From Desulfosudaceae bacterium (lineage in GTDB: Bacteria > Desulfobacterota > Desulfobacteria > Desulfobacterales > Desulfosudaceae), in NCBI GenBank assembly GCA_963674745.2, contig CAXXDV010000003.1, forward strand, positions 2,432,001 through 2,496,000: a stretch of 64,000 nucleotides of DNA, in the 5' to 3' direction. Shown piece by piece: positions 50,662 through 58,168 of this stretch. The position numbers and the translations under genes were made by a program. Positions within the stretch are counted from its first letter, which is position 1. Each line of letters starts with the position of its first letter. A model generated the notes under the pieces. That model ran no database searches, was not told where the DNA came from, and was given only the letters and a program-made list of their open reading frames with translations.

Positions 50662-51127
50662 TGACCTGCGACCTCGCACAGCCGAAATTTCCAGGGCAAA
50701 CATCAGCACCGTTGCCTGTCTCGAACAACGCTGTTTTCAAACCCCATGGAGCCCGGCCGCCTGTGCCGCTGAAATAACCCACGGAAACGGCGGCGGGTTT
50801 GTCGCCACCTGCGACAACGGGGAAACGATTACCGGTTATATCTTTTACCGGATGATATTAGATGAAATGCATATCATGAAAATTGCCACGGCCCCCCGCT
50901 GGAGAAAGCATCATATCGCGACTGAATTGCTGCAAAAGACCATCACCCTGGCCCGGGAAAAAGGGTTGCGACGTTTATGTCTTGAAGTGCGGGCATCTAA
51001 CCTGCCCGCTATAAATTTATACCGGAAATTCGAGTTTACCCTTTCAGGGAAAAGGCCCCGGTATTATGATAATCATGAGGACGCGGTACTAATGACCAAA
51101 AACATTTTGGAGGATTTTCTGTCATGA
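50654..51127 (+). CDS. rimI: Ribosomal protein S18 alanine N-acetyltransferase
   Basis: F..PWS, LEVRASN, RPRYY..EDA. Confidence 0.88.
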   Translation: MPDDLRPRTAEISRANISTVACLEQRCFQTPWSPAACAAEITHGNGGGFVATCDNGETITGYIFYRMILDEMHIMKIATAPRWRKHHIATELLQKTITLAREKGLRRLCLEVRASNLPAINLYRKFEFTLSGKRPRYYDNHEDAVLMTKNILEDFLS

Positions 51128-52128
51128 CAACATCAATAGGCATTAATGGATTCGGCCGAATCGGCAGAATGGTTTTCAGGGCGGCTTTAGACAACCCGGA
51201 AGTAAACGTCGTTGCCATCAATGATCTGACCGACCCTGAAACCATTGCTTACCTGACCCTTCATGATTCGGTGCACGGTAATCTTGACGCCGATATCAAG
51301 GCCGGTGACAACGCGATTATCGTCAACGGCACGACTATCCCGGTGACGGCCATAAAAGACCCGGCCCAGCTGCACTGGAAAGAGTACGGCGTGGATATTG
51401 TCGCAGAATGTACCGGCCTTTTCAGGGACCGGGACACAGCGGCCAAACATCTTGAAGCCGGTGCCCGCAAAGTCATTATTTCCGCTCCGGCAAAAGGCCC
51501 TGACGCGACCATTGTCATGGGTGTAAATGATAATACCTACAATCCCAGAGAGCACCATATCGTCTCCAACGCATCCTGTACGACCAACTGCCTGGCCCCG
51601 GTGGCCAAGGTACTGCACGAACGGTTCGGCATCAAAGCAGGGTTGATGACCACAATCCACTCCTATACCGGTGATCAGCGACTGCTGGATTTTCCCCACA
51701 AGGACCTTCGCCGGGCCCGGGCCGCGGCCCTGTCCATGATACCGACCACAACCGGTGCCGCCAAAGCGGTGGCCCTGGTGCTTCCGGAACTGGCCGGAAA
51801 ACTGAACGGTCTGGCCATCCGGGTGCCGACGCCCAATGTTTCCATCGTGGATTTTGTGGCCACCCTGGACAAGACCGGCCTGACACCGCCCGACATCAAC
51901 CAGGCGTTAAAAGAAGCCTCGGAAAACGAGTTGGCCGGTTTCCTGGGTTACAGTGAAGCGCCGCTGGTATCCGTGGATTTAAACGGATGCCCCCTGTCTT
52001 CCATTGTCGATTCCCTGACAACGGATGTAGTTGATAACATGGTCAAAGTGTTGTCATGGTATGACAATGAAACCGGGTATTCCCATCGCATGGTGGATTT
52101 GGCCATCATGATGGGCAACCAGTTTTAA
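51124..52128 (+). CDS. gap: Glyceraldehyde-3-phosphate dehydrogenase type I
   Basis: GINGFGRIG, NASCTTNCL, WYDNE. Confidence 0.98.
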   Translation: MTTSIGINGFGRIGRMVFRAALDNPEVNVVAINDLTDPETIAYLTLHDSVHGNLDADIKAGDNAIIVNGTTIPVTAIKDPAQLHWKEYGVDIVAECTGLFRDRDTAAKHLEAGARKVIISAPAKGPDATIVMGVNDNTYNPREHHIVSNASCTTNCLAPVAKVLHERFGIKAGLMTTIHSYTGDQRLLDFPHKDLRRARAAALSMIPTTTGAAKAVALVLPELAGKLNGLAIRVPTPNVSIVDFVATLDKTGLTPPDINQALKEASENELAGFLGYSEAPLVSVDLNGCPLSSIVDSLTTDVVDNMVKVLSWYDNETGYSHRMVDLAIMMGNQF

Positions 52129-52139
52129 AGGAGAGAATA

Positions 52140-52895
52140 ATGACTCAACGTCGACCGCTCATTGCCGGGAACTGGAAAATGTTCAAAACCTGGCAGGAAG
52201 CGAAAAAAACGGCTGAACAGCTGGCTGAACGCGTGGCCGGAAAGACCGACCGGGATATCATGGTGGCACCGCAATCCACCGCGCTGGTACCGGTCTGCGA
52301 ATCATTGAAAAACACCAATATCGACGTCGGCGCCCAGAACCTGTTCTGGGAAGCCGAAGGTGCCTATACCGGAGAGATATCACCGGCCATGGTTACCGCC
52401 ACCGGTTGCCGGTATGTTATTATCGGCCATTCTGAACGCCGCCAGTACTTTGGTGAAACAGATGAGACCGTCAACAAGAAAATCAAAGCCGCCTGTTCGG
52501 CCGGACTCGTCCCTGTCATGTGTATCGGTGAAACCGAAGACGAGCGGGAAACAAAAAAAACCTTTTCCGTACTTGACAAACAGATTCAAAACGGGTTACA
52601 AGGCTTTGATTTAGACGAGTTAAAGGATCTGGTGCTGGCTTATGAGCCGGTCTGGGCGATCGGCACCGGCAAAACAGCCACCAGCAACCAGGCCCAGGAA
52701 GTTCACGCGTACGTCCGCAAGGCCATAGAGGCCCTGTTCGGCGCGTCCCTGGCGGATAGCATACGTATTCTGTACGGGGGCAGTGTAAAACCGGGCAACA
52801 TCGCGGAACTGATGCAAATGGAAGACATTGACGGCGCTCTGGTCGGCGGAGCCAGCCTGGACGCCGGTTCGTTTGCCGAAATTGTTAATTTTTGA
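52140..52895 (+). CDS. tpiA: Triosephosphate isomerase
   Basis: AGNWKM, GHSERR, AYEPVWAIGTG, YGGSV. Confidence 0.98.
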   Translation: MTQRRPLIAGNWKMFKTWQEAKKTAEQLAERVAGKTDRDIMVAPQSTALVPVCESLKNTNIDVGAQNLFWEAEGAYTGEISPAMVTATGCRYVIIGHSERRQYFGETDETVNKKIKAACSAGLVPVMCIGETEDERETKKTFSVLDKQIQNGLQGFDLDELKDLVLAYEPVWAIGTGKTATSNQAQEVHAYVRKAIEALFGASLADSIRILYGGSVKPGNIAELMQMEDIDGALVGGASLDAGSFAEIVNF

Positions 52896-52906
52896 CAGGA
52901 CGTTAA

Positions 52907-53254
52907 ATGAGTATATTGATAACCATAATCCACGTCATCGTCTGCATTCTGCTGATTGTCATCATCCTGCTCCAGGCGGGTAAAGGTGCCGGCATGGGAG
53001 CGGCATTCGGCGGAGGCGGCAGCCAGACGCTGTTCGGCAGTACCGGCGGCACGACCTTTTTAACCAAAATCACCACCGCCGTGGCCGTGATATTCATGCT
53101 GACCTGCCTCTCGCTGGCCTACATGTCGACCAATCAGCAGCCGAAGTCGATCGTGGCGGATGAGCCTGCTCCGGTAAGCCAGCCGGCCGAAGAAACCCCG
53201 GCCGCGCCCGCGGCAACGCCGGCCCCGGAAACCCCGGCTCAGCCATCAGAATAG
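52907..53254 (+). CDS. secG: Preprotein translocase subunit SecG
   Basis: ILLQAGKG..GAAFGGG.SQTLFG, FLTKIT; follows tpiA. Confidence 0.96.
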   Translation: MSILITIIHVIVCILLIVIILLQAGKGAGMGAAFGGGGSQTLFGSTGGTTFLTKITTAVAVIFMLTCLSLAYMSTNQQPKSIVADEPAPVSQPAEETPAAPAATPAPETPAQPSE

Positions 53255-53263
53255 TCCCTTTGT

Positions 53264-53349
53264 GCCGAAGTGGTGGAACTTGGTAGACACGCTATCTTGA
53301 GGGGGTAGTGGGGCGACCCGTGCCGGTTCAAGTCCGGCCTTCGGCACCA
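53264..53349 (+). tRNA. tRNA-Leu(GAG)
   Basis: Acceptor stem GCCGAAG/CTTCGGC-ACCA, anticodon arm CTATC-TTGAGGG-GGTAG, long variable arm, T-loop GGTTCAAGTCC. Confidence 0.96.
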
Positions 53350-53397
53350 TCATTTTTTTAATTATTTCAAATATCTATAATTCAGAAGCAACATTAA

Positions 53398-53427
53398 AGG
53401 GGACATAAAAGTGTCCCCTATTTTTTT
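53398..53427 (+). terminator. Rho-independent terminator after tRNA-Leu
   Basis: AGGGGACA-taaaag-TGTCCCCT-aTTTTTTT. Confidence 0.85.
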
Positions 53428-53570
53428 CTCGACACCAAGCAAAATACTGTTTAATTACAAAATATTACAGTGACTACAGAAAAGATATCGAGTCGCTTTT
53501 GTGAGCTCCAGTATCCATAACATTAGCTTCGGCACCGCATTTCCCCGTTATTATAACAAACTCTTTTAAA

Positions 53571-54749
53571 TCAAGCACTTTCAGATGCACGAACAGGAAG
53601 GAATGCTTGTATGAGGGATTTTCGAGCCCGCACCTTTCCACGTCTTCGCTCAACGAGATTCATTTTTGCCAAGGCATTTAGGTCACGCTGGAGCATCCTA
53701 TCTCCGGCTGTGGCATATAGCCTGGCAAGTGCCGGTGAGAGTTCATCAATTTCAGACACGTTAACCCAGTCATGACGTGAAAGCTCCAGCACGAGATCCC
53801 GCCGTCTTTTCTGAGTTGGAGAAGTCCTCTTCTCTTGAAAAGTTTCGTGGACGTAATTTTCCCAAGCAACGCTCATTTGATGTTGTCGAACGCCTTCAAT
53901 TTGTTCCCGCAGCCCGTCCAGAAATCCCTGAACGGCATACTTGATGAACGGCATAAGATCTCCACCCGCTTTACTTGTACGATCCAGTTCACGGTAATAT
54001 TTGGTTCTAGTCCTGTTGTAATGGTCACTAAGCAGATGAGCAGCAGGAAGCGGCAGGCCGCTCGAAAAGAGGATATGAAATTCTACCAGTCTCGCCGTTC
54101 GGCCATTACCGTCTCCAAAAGGATGAATCCAGGCCAGGTAGACATGTGCAACAATGGCTTTTATCAGTGCATACGGAATAATAAGTTCATCGTCAGGAGG
54201 GATGAAATCATCTCCATCCAGCCATTCACATAATTGTCCAAGAAGATAATCACAGTCTTCAGCGGGAGCGCCTCGATAGACATTCCCAACGACAACAGAA
54301 TGTCTTCTCAATTGCCCGGGCACTACGCCCTCATCAAGTTCCAATTTATGCAAAATCTGTTCGTTATATGACTCTATCTGCTTTTTACATAATCCGCCTT
54401 TGGTTAAAGTGTTGTTCATCAGGTTCTGTACTTCTGCGTTACAGACGGAGATAATGTTGTCTACTTCCTGTTTGAGGTATTCCTGCGAAGGAGGGAGTTG
54501 GAGCTTTCCCTCAAGATGCATTTGAACCTGCTCTTCACTGAGGGTATTACCTTCAATAGCGGTAGTCGCAAGAACACCTTTAGCCAAAAACACATGGTTG
54601 AGTTCCTTTGCAAATGCAGGCCGCAAAGGTATTCCAGACAGGTGCTCGCATTTTGATGTTATCTCACCCAATTGTAGCCACAGTCGGAAATCCGAGACAT
54701 CTACATTGAGTGAAAATCGAAGCCATGGATGTGTAGTTTTGTACTTCAT
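53571..54749 (-). CDS. Fic-family protein with C-terminal HTH
   Basis: HPFGDGNGRTAR catalytic motif, TTAIEGN inhibitory motif, C-terminal LQRDLNAL. Confidence 0.93.
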   Translation of the reverse strand: MKYKTTHPWLRFSLNVDVSDFRLWLQLGEITSKCEHLSGIPLRPAFAKELNHVFLAKGVLATTAIEGNTLSEEQVQMHLEGKLQLPPSQEYLKQEVDNIISVCNAEVQNLMNNTLTKGGLCKKQIESYNEQILHKLELDEGVVPGQLRRHSVVVGNVYRGAPAEDCDYLLGQLCEWLDGDDFIPPDDELIIPYALIKAIVAHVYLAWIHPFGDGNGRTARLVEFHILFSSGLPLPAAHLLSDHYNRTRTKYYRELDRTSKAGGDLMPFIKYAVQGFLDGLREQIEGVRQHQMSVAWENYVHETFQEKRTSPTQKRRRDLVLELSRHDWVNVSEIDELSPALARLYATAGDRMLQRDLNALAKMNLVERRRGKVRARKSLIQAFLPVRASESA

Positions 54750-55135
54750 AGCGTTAAATATAGACGATACACAGCCAATGTCAAGAATAATATTGCCGTA
54801 AATTGACTATTTATTATGACGTATATATAGAGACATTTAGTGACGGTATAAATATAAACAATAACATTCTAATATTAATTATAAATCATATTACTTTATA
54901 TGAGAATCAGCGTCTTATTAGTGATTTAATAAACACTATTTTCGATCTGAGTGGTAAGGGCTAACGAAGAAACGCCTAAAATATATTATGACCTGCCCCC
55001 AAGCCATACCCCGCTTGTGGTGAGAACTCTAATCCTACTTCCACGCTGCTGAACGATCACGTCCGGCATAGGGTAGTGTTTTACATTCAAGGCCTTAAAT
55101 TTTCAATCGGAGTAAAACAATATTCTTGAAAAAAA

Positions 55136-55300
55136 TATGCGGTAATATGCGATTATGCTGCCAGGGTGGTACAAAAACGCGTTTAATGTTTGAAAAACTC
55201 ACTTTAATTATACTAATTTATTGTTATCATTACATATTTTGATAATCCGGTCTTCGGCACCATTTTTATACAATATAAACAAGGAGTTATCCGTAAGGAT
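55136..55300 (+). repeat. ~165-bp direct repeat, copy 1, containing a tRNA-Leu 3'-end att-like core at 55246-55262
   Basis: Aligns at a constant offset of 1942 with 57078-57242. Core TCCGGTCTTCGGCACCA matches tRNA 53333-53349 at 16/17. Confidence 0.92.
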
Positions 55301-55515
55301 ACTCCTTTTACATCAGAGTCCATCACCATCCCAAAATCATGTTCTTTCCAGGGGTCATTATCAGGCGTAAAAACATCAAAGTTCCGGACCGCTGAAAGAA
55401 CCCGGTGAAAGGTTTGCTCGTCAAGATTTCTACCCCCCCCCTGTGTGAGCATCACCCTGCCCCCTTGAAACGTTTTTCTTAACTGGTCATTTAGAGATGC
55501 AATTGCTCTATGTTT
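55301..55515 (-). pseudogene. Truncated DUF3768-like gene
   Basis: AIASLNDQLRKTFQGGRVMLTQG..AVRNFDVFTPDNDPWKEHDFG. Similarity stops at the repeat boundary and there is no good in-frame start. Confidence 0.7.
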
Positions 55516-55658
55516 CGGTTCCTTTTCCGGCCGATCAAAAGATTCATTTGGTTTTTTCCATAAAGATTAAAAAAATGTTAAAAAACTGATCATCTGCATG
55601 AAACAGGTGGGGCACTATTGGACGCCTATAGCGGGTCAATTTTAAATGCCGATTGACA

Positions 55659-56882
55659 TCAAAGTTCTGAAAATGGCAGGGCTGAAACATTAGGGCCAAG
55701 TGGAAGGGTTGTATCTCCCGGGTGAATAACATATCCTGGTCCAGCCGTCGGCTCAAAATCTTTTTGAAATATTTTTATAGCCGACGCCATTGCCGGACGA
55801 GGTGTAGCAGACAGCTTAACTTCAATGGGTATAAGCCGTCCACCGGTATCCACCACAAGATCCACTTCTGTACCGGCTGTTGTTCTCCAGAAGTAAGTCT
55901 GTGGCTGAATTCCCTGATGCGTTAATGTTTTTATGACTTCAGAGATTACTGCGGTTTCCATGATCGCGCCGCCCATGGGACCGGTGGCCGCATGTTCCGG
56001 GTCTTTCAGTCCGACCAGATAGCAGAGTGTACCCACATCTGTAAAATAGACCTTTGGGGTCTTGACAAGCCTTTTTCCTACATTGGCATAGTAAGGGCGA
56101 AGCACAATTACCTGATAGGTCGCTTCGAGGACTGAGAGCCATGCCTTGGCTGTATTAACGGCAACACCAAGATCCCTGGCGATATCGGTCATATTCAGCA
56201 ACTGGGCGCTTCTGGCAGCCAGTGCCCTGAGAAAACTCTGAAACTGGGATAGATCGCCGACCTGCCTGAGCGTGCGGATGTCCCGCTCCAAATAAGTTTG
56301 AACGTAACTGGCATGCCAAAGATGAGTATCCCGACGGGGCTGGACGTTCAGTTCCGGATAATATCCCCTGAGAAAACATTTCCAGAGTTTGCGGTATGAC
56401 GTTTTTGATGAACCTGGAGGAGAAGATTTGGTTTCCCACGTTAAAGAACGTTCAGGCCGCGCTTCCGTTTCTCGTCGTGAAAATGGTAGAAGCCGCAATA
56501 TGGCGGCACGTCCGGCAAGCGATTCCGTCACTTGCTCCATAAGCAAAATATTCTGTGAGCCTGTCAGTAAATATTGACCGGCCCTATTTCGGTCGGCATC
56601 GATTTTTTCTTTTATGTATGGAAGCAGATCAGGAGCGTTTTGTATCTCATCGAAAATCACGGGAGGTGGATACATCTTCAGAAAAGCACGTGGATCTTCC
56701 CTGGCAGAGATTCCCACATCTGGTGGCTCAAGAGAAATATACTGGTATTGCTTGCCGAACAAATGTTGAAATAACGTTGTTTTTCCTGATTGACGCGGCC
56801 CGGTGAGAACTACTGCGGGAAATTCAGTGGCTGCGTTCTTAATGATCGGCTCCAGAGATCGTTTTATGTATGCTTGGCCCAT
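55659..56882 (-). CDS. AAA_14 ATPase with DUF4143 (PD-(D/E)xK-like C-terminus)
   Basis: GPRQSGKTT, FDEIQ, LTGSQ, ESLAGR, KTPKVYFTDVG, EVDLV..PIEVK. Confidence 0.92.
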   Translation of the reverse strand: MGQAYIKRSLEPIIKNAATEFPAVVLTGPRQSGKTTLFQHLFGKQYQYISLEPPDVGISAREDPRAFLKMYPPPVIFDEIQNAPDLLPYIKEKIDADRNRAGQYLLTGSQNILLMEQVTESLAGRAAILRLLPFSRRETEARPERSLTWETKSSPPGSSKTSYRKLWKCFLRGYYPELNVQPRRDTHLWHASYVQTYLERDIRTLRQVGDLSQFQSFLRALAARSAQLLNMTDIARDLGVAVNTAKAWLSVLEATYQVIVLRPYYANVGKRLVKTPKVYFTDVGTLCYLVGLKDPEHAATGPMGGAIMETAVISEVIKTLTHQGIQPQTYFWRTTAGTEVDLVVDTGGRLIPIEVKLSATPRPAMASAIKIFQKDFEPTAGPGYVIHPGDTTLPLGPNVSALPFSEL

Positions 56883-57077
56883 TTTTTTCCTTTCGCATAC
56901 TTGATATTATGCATTTAAAATGCACAATATCAAGTAAAAATGTCCTCGCATAGTATTTAGGTGCCGCTATTTGAGAAAAAAAAGGATCCTGTGTGGCGAA
57001 AACCTTGCGCATACAGTCAACATAGAGAATATCATTATATCGATAGCTTATTACAAATCATGGGTACAATCTAAAAT

Positions 57078-57242
57078 TATGCGGTAATATGCGATTATGC
57101 GGCCAGGGTTGAACAAAAACTCGTTTAATGCTCGAAAAACCCGTCTTAATCACAGCAAATTTTTGTTATTACTATGTATTTTTATAATCCGGCCTTCGGC
57201 ACCAATTTTATACAATATAAACAAATAGTTATCAGTAAAGAT
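57078..57242 (+). repeat. ~165-bp direct repeat, copy 2, with a perfect 17-bp tRNA-Leu 3' end at 57188-57204
   Basis: TCCGGCCTTCGGCACCA is identical to 53333-53349. Confidence 0.92.
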
Positions 57243-57390
57243 GCGCCTTGTTTTTGTTTCCCGGATGTTTCCCACTCCGAAATACCCCTTTAGGGTTTCC
57301 AAAAAACCATCAATTCAGCAACCGAAAAACGCCATTTCGCTGCGGCACTGTTTTCAGGGAGGGTTACACTTGAACCAACCCCCCAATTTT

Positions 57391-57692
57391 TAGCCCGAAT
57401 ATTTCACGCGTCGATTTGGCCCTTGGCCGCCTGGCCACACCCGCAAGGCGCAGGACGCGAAGCTGTAGTGAATCTAATGCGAGCAGCCTGCAACACAACG
57501 GATGGAGCCAAGGGCTCGGGGTCAAGGTGACTCGCCCGAAGGGTGAAAATTCTCGACATACAATTGGCGTAAAATTCATCAATCTGCTCATGACAATTTG
57601 TATTTTCAAAAAACGTCACCTTTTTTTGCAACAGTCTGTCTTTGATATAGATTTTTATCCATGTCGAAAATTTTCATGAAATATCCGGGTTA
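57391..57692. mobile_element. ~300-bp MITE-like element
   Basis: TIRs TAGCCCGAATATTTCA / TGAAATATCCGGGTTA (14/16); no credible ORF. Confidence 0.7.
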
Positions 57693-57868
57693 GAGGCACC
57701 CTTAATGTCTGCATCCATTTTTTCACAAAATGTCAAATCATATTCACATATGATCAATACATAGGTATTAAATATGGTTTACGCTATTTATTCAAAGGGC
57801 CCTTTTTTCCCCTTTTTGAGAACTTCTGTCATGTGCTATTTTCTTTACAACCTGTTTTGAGGAAAACG

Positions 57869-58129
57869 ATGGAATATCAATCAAAGGCAACAGACCTTAT
57901 CAGAAACCGCTGTTCCTGGCGCAGTTTTGGCAGCAGGGCCGTAGAAACGGAAAAAAGAAAGAAACCGGCCGGCAGTGCGGATATGCAGCGCCTTGATATG
58001 GGGATCGCAATGTGTCATTTTGAGCTTGCCGCAGAAGAAGTGAACCTTGAGGGGGAATGGATCGAAACAAAACCGGCTTTGGCATTGCCCAAAAGATGCG
58101 AATATCTGGTGAGCTGGAAGGAAAATTGA
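57869..58129 (+). pseudogene. Internally deleted nitroreductase-family gene
   Basis: N-terminal DLIRNRCSWRSF is joined almost directly to C-terminal DMQRLDMGIAMCHFELAA..G.W, in only 86 aa. Confidence 0.7.
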
Positions 58130-58168
58130 GCAGTACGGCAACAATGCCTGAACTTCGGGAGGAAAAAA

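Noticed and set aside
51124..52895. pgk absent between gap and tpiA
   Set aside because: Simple gene-order variation with no remnant; pgk is probably elsewhere.
53350..57400. Intact prophage or ICE at tRNA-Leu
   Set aside because: No integrase, replication, conjugation or structural genes; reported as an att-delimited array instead.
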